From: Rhodospirillales bacterium
Lineage (GTDB): Bacteria; Pseudomonadota; Alphaproteobacteria; Rhodospirillales; Casp-alpha2
DNA length: 64,000 bases
Reading direction: 5' to 3'
Assembly (NCBI GenBank): GCA_965229805.1
Contig: CBDDJO010000002.1
Location: 925,811 to 989,810, forward strand
Part shown: positions 18,384-27,675 of the stretch, one piece after another
Layout of the letters: every line of letters begins with the position of its first letter
How positions within the stretch are numbered: the first letter of the stretch is position 1
Program-made: the position numbers and the translations under genes
Notes under the pieces: generated by a model
What the model saw: only the letters and a program-made list of their open reading frames with translations
What the model was told of the DNA's origin: nothing
Databases searched by the model: none

Positions 18384-19345
18384 ACGCGATCGACAGCCGA
18401 GATGTGCAGTCGTTGATGACGCGGGCAATTGTCCAGGACATCAAACCTGAGGCAGAAGGGGTTCTCACCATGGAATTGGTGCCTGACGGCGAGGCGGAAT
18501 GGCCCGCCGGCGATGCCGGGGCGCATATAGACGTGGAACTGCCGAACGGCACCGTGCGGCAATACTCCGTCATCAATCCGGGGGAGCCGAACAAGTATGT
18601 GATTTCAGCACTCCGCGCACCTGATAGCCGTGGCGGATCCGAGTATATTCACGATCAACTCTCGAATGGTTCGGTCGTACGTGTCAGCCGACCGAGAAAC
18701 AATTTTCCTCTGATTGCGGATGATCGTCCCGTCTGCCTGATCGGTGGCGGGATAGGTGTGACGCCGCTACTTGCCATGGCACAGACGCTCGCCGGGACCG
18801 ACCGGGAATGGCGGCTCTACTATTGTGTGCGCACGCCGGCCCACGCCGGTTTTGGTCGTCTTCTTGACCGGTTCGGCGACCGGGTACGAATGCATTATGA
18901 TTCCGCAAGCGGGAGTCCGCCCGACCTGCAATCAATGGTCGGAGCTTTTGACGACGCACATGTCTATTGTTGCGGCCCGCAGGCCATGCTGACGGCCTTC
19001 GAGCAATGCACCGCGGGATTCCCCAGCGAGTTAGTTCATATCGAACGTTTTTCTCCTGCAGATATACCAGCCGACTCGTCGGCATTCACAGTGGAACTGG
19101 TCCGCCAGGGGCTGACTTTGGATGTGCCGGAGGACAAGTCGATCCTGGACGTAATTGAGGAATCCGGTGTGCAGGTCGAGAGTTCCTGCCGCATCGGTAT
19201 TTGCGGTACGTGCGAGGCAGCCATCGTCGAGGGCGAGGCCGACCACAAGGACGAATACCTGACCGATGACGAGAAAAAGGAGGGGCGCTCGATGATGATT
19301 TGTTGTTCGCGATCGAAGTCGCCCGTTCTCCGATTGGATATCTGA
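18380..19345 (+). CDS. PDR/VanB-type oxygenase reductase (flavin/NAD plus C-terminal [2Fe-2S])
   Basis: RQYSVIN, GGGIGVTP and the C-terminal CRIGICGTCEAAIVEGEADHKD motif. Overlaps the marR stop by 4 nt. Confidence 0.85.
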   Translation: MNAIDSRDVQSLMTRAIVQDIKPEAEGVLTMELVPDGEAEWPAGDAGAHIDVELPNGTVRQYSVINPGEPNKYVISALRAPDSRGGSEYIHDQLSNGSVVRVSRPRNNFPLIADDRPVCLIGGGIGVTPLLAMAQTLAGTDREWRLYYCVRTPAHAGFGRLLDRFGDRVRMHYDSASGSPPDLQSMVGAFDDAHVYCCGPQAMLTAFEQCTAGFPSELVHIERFSPADIPADSSAFTVELVRQGLTLDVPEDKSILDVIEESGVQVESSCRIGICGTCEAAIVEGEADHKDEYLTDDEKKEGRSMMICCSRSKSPVLRLDI

Positions 19346-19434
19346 GCCCTTACAACGCGTGAATATGACGATTGCCGACCGGAGGCCATACAACCTTCGG
19401 CCCTTAAAACTGCAATAAAATGGGAGTGCACCAA

Positions 19435-20700
19435 ATGACCAGCTTCGCCAGCTTGATTGAACCGGACCGGATACATGGCAGCCTCTATACCGATGCAGCC
19501 ATCTTCTCACGGGAGATGAAGGTCATCTTTCGCGATGGCTGGGCATTCGTCGGTCACGAGTCCGAAGTGCCCGAGCCCGGCGATTTTATCACCCGGACGA
19601 TCGGGTCGGAGCCCGTACTTTTCCTGCGGAACAAGGACGGCGAGGTTCGGGTGTTCTCGAACCGTTGTACCCATCGAGGTAACAGGCTCTGTCATGAAGG
19701 GCGCGGCAAGTTGCGTGGCGGAATTATGTGCACTTACCATGGTTGGGCGTTTTCGTTCGACGGCGATCTACTGGCGGTGCCGTACGAGGGCGGTTTTACA
19801 AAAGCGAAGGAGAACTATTCGCTACGCCAGCCGAGAATGGCGAGCCACCGGGGTTTCGTATTCGCCACGTACAATCCCGATCCAGAGGATTTTTACGATT
19901 ACCTAGGGTATGGGAAGGACCTGATCGATAAGTCGGTGTCAATGTCGCCCGCCGGCAAGGTCCGGTTGGACTCCGGGTGGGTAAAGCATCTTTTCAAGGC
20001 GAACTGGAAGATGCTGCCGGAGAACCAGACGGACGGTTATCACGCAAACCACGTCCATAAGTCTTTTTTGAAGGTTTTCAGTTCACAGTATGACGAATTG
20101 AAAACCAACGAAGAAAAGCGTGTTGGATCCGTCGTCGACTGGGGGAGCGGTCACGCGTCGATTGATGTTTCCGAACGCTACAACGGGCCGCTCCAATGGC
20201 TTGGCTCCAATGAGGAACGCTATCCGGAATACGTCAAAGCCATGAACGAGGCTTACGGGGAAAACGACGCGCGCAAGTTGATGACGGAGGGTCCGCCGCA
20301 TGCGTATATATTCCCGAACCTTTTCCTCGGCGAAGCCAACATCGTCATCATCGAACCGGTCGCGCCCGACCTGTCGGTCCAGCACCATTCCCCGATGCTG
20401 TTGGAAGGCGTGCCGGAGGGGTTGAATGCAAGGATTATCCGCCAGTCGGAAGGAGCGCTGGGTCCGTCCGGGTTGCTGCTCGCCGACGACTCCGTGATCT
20501 CCGAACAACAGCAGATTGCCTTGCAGGGCAAGAGCGGTTGGCTCGAAATCAGCCGGGGCGTCGACCGTGAACGCGTCGAGGACGGAAAGCGGATCGGTCA
20601 CGTCAGCGACGAGACCACGAACCGGGGCTTCTGGCAGCATTATCTTGCCAAGATGAATGGAAGCTCGGTGGAAACCCCCGTCGAACCGGAGCTTGTGTAA
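19435..20700 (+). CDS. Rieske aromatic ring-hydroxylating dioxygenase alpha subunit (IpfA-like context)
   Basis: Rieske motif CTHRGNRLCHEGRGKLRGGIMCTYH and iron motif ENQTDGYHANHVH. The ATG at 19435 is preceded by GGGAG; an alternative ATG lies at 19420. Confidence 0.85.
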   Translation: MTSFASLIEPDRIHGSLYTDAAIFSREMKVIFRDGWAFVGHESEVPEPGDFITRTIGSEPVLFLRNKDGEVRVFSNRCTHRGNRLCHEGRGKLRGGIMCTYHGWAFSFDGDLLAVPYEGGFTKAKENYSLRQPRMASHRGFVFATYNPDPEDFYDYLGYGKDLIDKSVSMSPAGKVRLDSGWVKHLFKANWKMLPENQTDGYHANHVHKSFLKVFSSQYDELKTNEEKRVGSVVDWGSGHASIDVSERYNGPLQWLGSNEERYPEYVKAMNEAYGENDARKLMTEGPPHAYIFPNLFLGEANIVIIEPVAPDLSVQHHSPMLLEGVPEGLNARIIRQSEGALGPSGLLLADDSVISEQQQIALQGKSGWLEISRGVDRERVEDGKRIGHVSDETTNRGFWQHYLAKMNGSSVETPVEPELV

Positions 20701-21203
20701 TGACGACAGCAAACCTTTTGCCAACCGAGGTTTATCGTGAAATCGAGGAATTCGTTTACCGCGAAGCCCGACTGGCCGACGAGTCCCGTTACGGGGAATG
20801 GGAGGAACTGGTCGACGACGACATGATGTATTGGATTCCCAGGGGCGAAGGGGGTTTCGACATGGAAAAGCATGTGTCCGTCATCGCCGATAACCGCAAT
20901 CGGTTGCGCCGCCGTATCAAGCAGCTGCAGACCGGCGCACGCTATGCGCAAGTGCCGGTATCGCCCATGCGCCGCCTCGTCTCTAATATCGAAGCGAAAC
21001 CGATTGCCGACGACGAGTTCAATGTGCAATGCAACTTCGTTCTCTATGAACTGCGGATTCAATCGACGAACAATATCGAAATCTGGCCCGGCCGGATCGA
21101 GTATAAACTTCGCCGCTCGGAAGACGGTTTCAAGATGTTCCTGAAGAAGGTCATGCTCGTGAATGGCGACATGCCCCTGCCTTCGCTGGCATTTCTTCTC
21201 TGA
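20700..21203 (+). CDS. Ring-hydroxylating dioxygenase beta subunit (NTF2/SnoaL fold)
   Basis: 167 aa with a typical beta-subunit N-terminus (EIEEFVYREARLADESRYGEWEELVDDDMMYW). Its start overlaps the alpha-subunit stop. Confidence 0.8.
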   Translation: MTTANLLPTEVYREIEEFVYREARLADESRYGEWEELVDDDMMYWIPRGEGGFDMEKHVSVIADNRNRLRRRIKQLQTGARYAQVPVSPMRRLVSNIEAKPIADDEFNVQCNFVLYELRIQSTNNIEIWPGRIEYKLRRSEDGFKMFLKKVMLVNGDMPLPSLAFLL

Positions 21204-21252
21204 GGCCTTTTGGTCTTGTCTGCAGAGCCACGCAAGCAGCGAAGAGTGACGC

Positions 21253-22422
21253 ATGACTGATGCCTTGGGCGCGGTAGTTGGCCTGGGCATGAGTCCGGTG
21301 TCGCGCAAGAACATAGGCACGACGCGGGACCTCGCGGTCCTGGCTGCACGGAACGCTATTCGGGATGCCGGATTCTTGCCGGGTGACGTCGACGGGCTGC
21401 TTCTCAACCGCAGCCCGTCCGCACCGGTCAAAGATCTGCCAATGAGCATTCTGGCGGATCTCGGTCTGGAAGATCTCGGGGTCCTCGCGTGCATCGACGC
21501 CGAAGGCACGTCGGCAATTCAGATGATCGAATACGCATGCATGTCGATCCGTTCAGGCGCCGCAAAATCAATCGTTTGCATTTTTTCCGATGCCCGCCTG
21601 TCCGGCGGTGGCGGCGCCGAGGCATATGCCAGCACAATGCCGGTGACGGGGCTCACGGACTGGGAAGCGCGGTACGGGTTGTACGGTGCAACGGGCCCAT
21701 ATGGGTTGTTGGCGCAGCGGTATCTGTGGAAATACGGGCTGGACTGCGCGGCGCTGGGGCATGTCGCGATATCCAACCGGCGATGGGCAGAGAACAATCC
21801 TCTGGCCCAATTACGTGAACCGATCACGATGGAAGACTATCTCTCGGCAAGATGGGTCGTAGAGCCTTTCCGGCTGCTCGATTGCGCATATCCGGTAAAT
21901 GGTGCGGCTGCAGTTGTCGTGACGGCACCTGACGTCGCGTCGGACCGTCCATGCGCCCCCGCTTTTATCCATGGCGTCGCACAGGGTCATTCCGGGCAGT
22001 TGGCCGCAAAAGCAACTGAAGACGGCGATGCCGGCGCCGAGCGGGCTGCGCGCGAGGTTTATGCGATGGCCGGCATCCAGGCGGACGATGTGGAAGCCTG
22101 CGAATTCTACGACAATTTCACCTATGTAACGTTGCGCACCCTGGAAGATTACGGACTGTGCCGGCGGGGCGAAGCGGCCGGTTTTGTTGAGGCAGGACAA
22201 ATATCTCCGGGCGGACGTTTGCCGACGAATACCGGTGGAGGTCATCTGTCCGGTTATTATCTTCAGGGAATGACGCCGGTCTCCGAAGCCGTGATCCAAA
22301 TTCGCGGTGACGCCGGGGCGCGTCAGATAGACAAGCGCGATGTCATTCTCGTTACGGGTGTCGGCGGGATGCTGAACTACCATGCAGCGATGATCATGAG
22401 CGCCCAGCGGAGGCTGTCATGA
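21253..22422 (+). CDS. SCPx-type thiolase-like protein (IpfD/Ltp-like)
   Basis: 389 aa with a thiolase-fold layout and a C-terminal NTGGGHLSG segment. It is translationally coupled to a DUF35 gene. Confidence 0.7.
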   Translation: MTDALGAVVGLGMSPVSRKNIGTTRDLAVLAARNAIRDAGFLPGDVDGLLLNRSPSAPVKDLPMSILADLGLEDLGVLACIDAEGTSAIQMIEYACMSIRSGAAKSIVCIFSDARLSGGGGAEAYASTMPVTGLTDWEARYGLYGATGPYGLLAQRYLWKYGLDCAALGHVAISNRRWAENNPLAQLREPITMEDYLSARWVVEPFRLLDCAYPVNGAAAVVVTAPDVASDRPCAPAFIHGVAQGHSGQLAAKATEDGDAGAERAAREVYAMAGIQADDVEACEFYDNFTYVTLRTLEDYGLCRRGEAAGFVEAGQISPGGRLPTNTGGGHLSGYYLQGMTPVSEAVIQIRGDAGARQIDKRDVILVTGVGGMLNYHAAMIMSAQRRLS

Positions 22423-22820
22423 CGGATACCTCTGCGACGGGCGCAAGGATTAGACCGAAAAGCGATTTCGACGACGCGTTTCATGAATATATTGGAAGGC
22501 GTGAATTACGATTGCCGTATCTGCGCGGCTCATCGACGGCTCTCGATCTGAATGCCGCGCCTGCTACCGATATGACGGAGATCGAGTGGCGGTTGGCCTC
22601 CGGCCTGGCCGAGCTTTTTTCATTCGTTGTCTATCGGCAACAGTTCTCGGAGGACCGCGCCGCGCCTTACAACGTTGCCTGGGTGTCGTTAGCGGAAGGA
22701 CCGATGCTGATCTCCACAGTCATAGTGGAGCAGAATTCCGAACTGAGAATTTCGATGCCGTTAAGGGCCGAATTCGACGATCGCGGTGTCCTTGTGTTCC
22801 GACCGGCACAAAATCGCTAA
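22419..22820 (+). CDS. DUF35 OB-fold protein (thiolase partner; Zn-ribbon cysteines absent)
   Basis: 133 aa with an OB-fold-type C-terminal half (YNVAWVSLAEGPMLISTVI...ISMPLRAEFDD). Has a 4-nt overlap with the thiolase-like gene. The protein contains no cysteine at all. Confidence 0.6.
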   Translation: MTDTSATGARIRPKSDFDDAFHEYIGRRELRLPYLRGSSTALDLNAAPATDMTEIEWRLASGLAELFSFVVYRQQFSEDRAAPYNVAWVSLAEGPMLISTVIVEQNSELRISMPLRAEFDDRGVLVFRPAQNR

Positions 22821-22848
22821 CAGGCCTATTTGCGGGAGTTTACAGACG

Positions 22849-24438
22849 ATGATGTTGCCACGTGATTTGCTTCGGAATTGTGCATCGAACTATCCGGACA
22901 GGCCGGCCTACTTCTGGCGTGACGAGACACGGACCTGGCAGGAGATGAAACGACGTTCGGACCGCCTCGCGGGCGCGTTCATGGAGCTTGGAGTCGAAAA
23001 GGGTGATGTCGTCGCCATTCTTGGTCGGGAGTCGCTGGTGATATACGAGCATTTCTTCGCCTGCATGACGCTCGGCGCCGTGCGGGTGGGTCTCAACTGG
23101 CGTTATTCACCCGGCGAAATTCTACATATCCTGCAGGACTCCCGCCCCCGCGTGCTGTTGCTTCAAGCGGATTGTGCTTCGTTGATCGAGACGCTGGAGC
23201 AGGATATTGCCGATCTGGGTACGCGGGTCATTCTTTACGGCGATCCCGGGGGTGCGCCGCTCGAGTACGAGGAAATGATCGATGTTGCCGTCGCACCGTC
23301 GGCGTTGCCTGATCTTGAAAGCGAAGATCCAATGTTCATTTCGTACACCTCCGGTTCTACAGGGCGACCTAAAGGTGTCGTACATACCCAATACTCGTCG
23401 GCATATATCATTTTTCAAAACCTGGTCGGGCGCGGCCTTGCACCGAACGATATATTCCTCCAGGCCTCCGCGTCGTCTTGGATGACCGTACTTTTGAATA
23501 TGCTCGGTCTCGGGAACGGCATGGCCCACGCCATCATGGACGGAACGTTCGAGATCGTGAGTTTTATGAAGCAGATCGACCGGCACCGGGTGACGTCGAT
23601 AATGCTGGTGCCGACGCTGCTTCAGCGCGTTCTGCAGGAGCGTGCGAAGGGCGATTACGATCTGTCATCGATCAGGTTGCTTAACTACGGGTCCTCGCCG
23701 ATTACGCCTGAACTTGCGCGATCCGCTTACGCCGCTTTTGACTGTGATCTGATCCAGAATTACGGCATGACAGAGGGCGGTTGGGTGACGCACCTGTCCG
23801 CAGACGATCATGTGAAGGCCGTCAACCGCGAATACAGCCTGCTGGAATCGGTCGGCCGCCCCGGCGTTTTGACGAGGATATCGATCAGAAACGCCGATGG
23901 TGAGGAACTGCCTCCTGGCGAAGTCGGCGAAGTCTGTCTCAACAGCCCGATGCTGATGAAAGGCTATCTCAATCTTTCGGACGCGACGGCTGAAGCGCTC
24001 AAGGATGGATGGCTGCACACCAACGATCTCGGTTGCCTGAACGAGGAGGGGTATCTTTTCCTCCACGGGCGCAAGAACTTCATGATTATCTCAGGGGCGG
24101 TTAACGTGCAACCGCAGGGTGTCGAACTTGTCATTTCGGAACATCCTTCGGTGTTCGAAGTCGCCGTGGTCGGCGCCCCCCATCCGGATTTGGGCGAGGC
24201 CGTCGTCGCCGTGGTCGTCTGCAAGCCAGGAAAAGAAGAACCGACCCAACGCGACATTGAATCGTTCTGCCTCGCGCGCCTGAGCAAGCTGTCCATCCCG
24301 AAGCACGTATATATCGTTTCGGAACTACCGAAAACGCTGAACGGAAAACTCAATAAGCCGAAGATTATCGAATGGGTGCAAGAGAATCTGCATGCACTTC
24401 CCTGGTTCAGCGTGCAGGGCGCCGCAGGTGGACAATAA
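22849..24438 (+). CDS. AMP-forming acyl-CoA ligase (ANL superfamily)
   Basis: ISYTSGSTGRPKGV AMP-binding motif, plus YGMTEG and WLHTNDLG motifs and a C-terminal LPKTLNGKLNK. Started at the ATG at 22849 within the listed ORF. Confidence 0.85.
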   Translation: MMLPRDLLRNCASNYPDRPAYFWRDETRTWQEMKRRSDRLAGAFMELGVEKGDVVAILGRESLVIYEHFFACMTLGAVRVGLNWRYSPGEILHILQDSRPRVLLLQADCASLIETLEQDIADLGTRVILYGDPGGAPLEYEEMIDVAVAPSALPDLESEDPMFISYTSGSTGRPKGVVHTQYSSAYIIFQNLVGRGLAPNDIFLQASASSWMTVLLNMLGLGNGMAHAIMDGTFEIVSFMKQIDRHRVTSIMLVPTLLQRVLQERAKGDYDLSSIRLLNYGSSPITPELARSAYAAFDCDLIQNYGMTEGGWVTHLSADDHVKAVNREYSLLESVGRPGVLTRISIRNADGEELPPGEVGEVCLNSPMLMKGYLNLSDATAEALKDGWLHTNDLGCLNEEGYLFLHGRKNFMIISGAVNVQPQGVELVISEHPSVFEVAVVGAPHPDLGEAVVAVVVCKPGKEEPTQRDIESFCLARLSKLSIPKHVYIVSELPKTLNGKLNKPKIIEWVQENLHALPWFSVQGAAGGQ

Positions 24439-24530
24439 GGCCGTAAGGCCCGCGCGTTATTGAAAGCGCTTGGGCCCGAACCCGGGACATGTTGAGTTTT
24501 CAGGCTCATGTGGGCGGCAGAGAATGAAAA

Positions 24531-24549
24531 TTGTTGTTATAGACAACAA
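24531..24549. promoter_or_regulatory. Palindromic operator candidate upstream of the island TRAP operon
   Basis: TTGTTGTTATAGACAACAA is a perfect 7-bp-arm palindrome that shares TTGT[CT]ATAGACAACAA with 17841..17856. Confidence 0.5.
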
Positions 24550-24627
24550 ATAATGATAGTTATCATGTTAACTAAATAGAGACACCGGGCTCCTTGTGAG
24601 ATCCAAGGTTCCCATTGGGAAACATTC

Positions 24628-25137
24628 ATGGGCGATATCTTCCAGAGACTCGTGAACGGGTTGAACAACGTACTCCTTGCCGCATCGGGAATTCTTCTAT
24701 TCCTGATGATGCTGCATATCTGTTTGGGTGCCGCTTTCAATCTCGTCCTGCCGACCGTCAACTTGAACACGCTGACGGTTGTCGCCGCTTGGTACATGAT
24801 TGGCGTCACCTTCCTGCCGATGGCGAATACGCAACCGCTCTCAGTGAATATCGCTGCCGGGTTCTTGCCCGATGCCTTTCGCAAGACGGTTCGCTATGTC
24901 GTGGCCTTGCTGTCGGCGATCGCGTTCGGTTTTATCGCGTACCTGACGTTTGAAGAAGCGATGTCTCAGACGCAGATCGGCGAAATGTGGGAAACCTCGA
25001 CCGGGTTCTTCCCCGTCTGGCCGGCGCGCTGGCTTCTACCATGCGCCTTCATAGCCATGTCTTTGCGGGAAATATGCAAGGTTTTCGTGCCCGGGGCCAT
25101 GGAGCAAGCCGTGGCTTCATCGGCGGGGAGCGATTGA
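24628..25137 (+). CDS. TRAP transporter small permease (DctQ-type)
   Basis: 169 aa, 4 TM, directly followed by a DctM-like gene. Confidence 0.8.
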   Translation: MGDIFQRLVNGLNNVLLAASGILLFLMMLHICLGAAFNLVLPTVNLNTLTVVAAWYMIGVTFLPMANTQPLSVNIAAGFLPDAFRKTVRYVVALLSAIAFGFIAYLTFEEAMSQTQIGEMWETSTGFFPVWPARWLLPCAFIAMSLREICKVFVPGAMEQAVASSAGSD

Positions 25138-25138
25138 T

Positions 25139-26446
25139 ATGTCTGGATTGCTCGCCGGGTCGCTCGGATTTCTTGCCGTTATCGTACTGATCCTTCTCGA
25201 GGTCCCGATCGGACTGGCGCTCGGCGGCGTCGCGTTCGTCGGCATGTATGTAATGGTCGGCCCGCAGGCGACGTATGGTGTGGTGGGGGGCTCGTTATAC
25301 GAGTTCGCCGCCAATTGGTCGTTGTCGGCGCTGCCTCTATTCATCCTGATGGGGGCGTTCCTTCAACACTCAGGGCTTGCGTCATCAATTTACCGTGCTG
25401 CCCGTCTTTGGCTCTCTTTTCTGCCGGGTGGGCTTGCGATCGCGACCAATGTCGCCGCGGCCGGATTTGCGGCTACGTCCGGGTCGAGCATGGCGACGGC
25501 GGCGACGATGGCCAGGATTGCCGTGCCGGAAATGCTCAAGGCCGGCTATGACAAGAGTTTGGCCGCGGGTACCGTCGCCAGCGCCGGCACTCTGGGTGCG
25601 TTGATTCCACCAAGTATCCTGATGATCCTATTCGGGGTGCTGGCCGAGGTCTCCATCAGCAAGATGTTGTTGGCGGGCATTTTACCCGGTGTGCTTACGC
25701 TTGCCGTCTATGTCGCGATGATCGTCATCCGGGCTAGTCTCAATCCGAAAATCGCGCCGCGTTATCTGGACAAGGAAGAGATAGGCCAACGCTGGGCTAG
25801 CCTCATCCCGATCTGGCCGCTGCCCGTGCTTTTCTTCGGCATTCTTGGCGGCATCTACGGTGGGTTCGTAACTGCCACGGAAGCTGCGGCTTTGGGCGCG
25901 TTTCTCGCAATGCTGATTGCATTGGCATTCGGCCGGCTGTCGTACTCTGTCCTCAAAAACTCGATCAAGACGACGATGATCAGTACGGCGCAGATTTTCT
26001 TCGTTGCATTGGGCGCGGTGCTATTCACCCGCTTCCTCACATTGACGGGAATGAGCGGGGCATTCACGAGCCTGTTTCTCGATCTGGCCGTGTCGCCCTA
26101 TCTGCTGCTGCTGGCGGTGTCGGTAATGTTCATTATCCTCGGGATGTTTCTCGATCCTCTGGGGGTGATGCTGATCTCCATTCCGATCATCATCCCGATC
26201 TTCACGAACCTCGGTATGGACCTGATTTGGGTCGGAATCATCGTCGTGAAATACGTCGAGATCGGTCTGTTGACCCCACCAATCGGCTTCAATGTCTATG
26301 TCGTGAAAGGCGTCGTGGGCGATGAGATATCTATTGGAACGATATTCAAGGGTGTCGGCTGGTTTCTGTTCTGCGAAGTAATAATCATGACAATCATAAT
26401 TTTTTACCCGGAATTGACTTTGTTTATTCCCAACCAGATGAACTAG
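25139..26446 (+). CDS. TRAP transporter large permease (DctM-type)
   Basis: 435 aa paralog of the protein at 1205..2488 (ALPLFILMGAFL, SGSSMATAATMA). Confidence 0.9.
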   Translation: MSGLLAGSLGFLAVIVLILLEVPIGLALGGVAFVGMYVMVGPQATYGVVGGSLYEFAANWSLSALPLFILMGAFLQHSGLASSIYRAARLWLSFLPGGLAIATNVAAAGFAATSGSSMATAATMARIAVPEMLKAGYDKSLAAGTVASAGTLGALIPPSILMILFGVLAEVSISKMLLAGILPGVLTLAVYVAMIVIRASLNPKIAPRYLDKEEIGQRWASLIPIWPLPVLFFGILGGIYGGFVTATEAAALGAFLAMLIALAFGRLSYSVLKNSIKTTMISTAQIFFVALGAVLFTRFLTLTGMSGAFTSLFLDLAVSPYLLLLAVSVMFIILGMFLDPLGVMLISIPIIIPIFTNLGMDLIWVGIIVVKYVEIGLLTPPIGFNVYVVKGVVGDEISIGTIFKGVGWFLFCEVIIMTIIIFYPELTLFIPNQMN

Positions 26447-26471
26447 GCAAACCAAGATAGGAGGCAACATC

Positions 26472-27587
26472 ATGTCATTTGTAATGAAATTTGGAAAACA
26501 GGCCCTTATGGCCGGGCTTGTATCGGTGGTATCCATTGCCGGCGCGCAACATGCCGATGCCGACGAAATCCGCTATGCGACGCTGGTGTCGAACGGGCAT
26601 ACGGGCGTTCAGGACGCGGTACTTCCGTTCTTCGAACAGGTCAGCAAGGCGACGAACGGCGAACTGACAGGCCGCGTGTTCCCATCGGGCCAGCTTCTGA
26701 ACGCCAGGGGTACGCTGAAGGGCATCAACGAAGGCGTCGCGGATGCCGGACTTGTCATTCCCCATTATGCGGCATCGCAACTCCCGCATGTGCTGGCCCT
26801 TGCGGACATGATCATGATCGGTGAGGACCCTCTGGCGGTGGCCGCGGCGCTCAACGAGACCATCTTGTTCGATTGCGAGACGTGTCTGAAAGAGTATGAA
26901 GCTCAGAACACTTTTCCGCTCGTCTCTTATTCGACGACGAGCTATGTCCTGCAGTGCAACAAACCGCTCAATAGCAAGGAAGACCTCAAAGGCTTGCGCG
27001 TCCGTTCGACCGGGATGTTCAGTGCACGCTTGAGCGCCCTCGGCGCGCTGCCGACGAACCTGGCGTCAAGCGAGTCCGCGCAGGCGCTGCAGCGGGGTCA
27101 GGTGGACTGTGTCCTCGGTCCGATGAGCTGGTTAAAGGCGTACGGCTTACAGGGAAGCGTCAGCCACATCATCAACGTGCCGCTCGGCATGGTGCGTGGT
27201 CTCGGTCTGTTTGTGATTAACAAGAATAAGTGGACCGAAATGCCGAAGGCGCAACGTCAGGCGATGCTCGACGCGGCCCCCGACATGTTGGCCGGCGTCA
27301 TGTTTGGCCAACCCCGCGAAGACCGTGAGCAGATCAAATGGGCCAAGGAAAACAATGTTGATATCTCAGAGGGGGCCGACGAACTGCGCGCCTCCCTGAC
27401 GGTGTCGGACAAGGATGACGATATCCTTGCGGAGCGCGCCGACAAACTCGGTGTGAAAAATATCGATCAGCTCGTCGCCACGTTCAAAAAGAACCTCGAG
27501 AAATGGCAGCGGATTGTCGCCAAGACGGGGGACGACAAAGCGGCATATATCGACGCAGTTAAGCGCGAAATCTATTCGCGCCTGTAA
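26472..27587 (+). CDS. TRAP transporter solute-binding protein (DctP-type, signal peptide)
   Basis: N-terminal signal sequence (ALMAGLVSVVSIAGAQHADA) and a periplasmic binding-protein-like composition. It completes a Q-M-P operon. Confidence 0.7.
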   Translation: MSFVMKFGKQALMAGLVSVVSIAGAQHADADEIRYATLVSNGHTGVQDAVLPFFEQVSKATNGELTGRVFPSGQLLNARGTLKGINEGVADAGLVIPHYAASQLPHVLALADMIMIGEDPLAVAAALNETILFDCETCLKEYEAQNTFPLVSYSTTSYVLQCNKPLNSKEDLKGLRVRSTGMFSARLSALGALPTNLASSESAQALQRGQVDCVLGPMSWLKAYGLQGSVSHIINVPLGMVRGLGLFVINKNKWTEMPKAQRQAMLDAAPDMLAGVMFGQPREDREQIKWAKENNVDISEGADELRASLTVSDKDDDILAERADKLGVKNIDQLVATFKKNLEKWQRIVAKTGDDKAAYIDAVKREIYSRL

Positions 27588-27675
27588 ACGCCAGACAAAC
27601 GATCTGATTAACTTTCGGCGGCACCGCGCCCATCCTTGGGGCGGTGTCGTCACTTTTGGAAGCGGAGTGTGACGC

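Noticed and set aside
24609-24621. Palindrome TTCCCA-T-TGGGAA just upstream of the dctQ start codon.
   Set aside because: The arms are only 6 bp, the loop is too short for a stable hairpin, and there is no second copy in the window. It cannot be distinguished from chance.
27588-27675. Possible terminator after the island dctP (GGCACCGC...GCGGTGTC followed by CACTTTTGG).
   Set aside because: The stem is only 8 bp with a G-U pair and a 12-nt loop, and the T-tract is short. The racemase gene follows within 88 bp in the same orientation, so read-through is likely.
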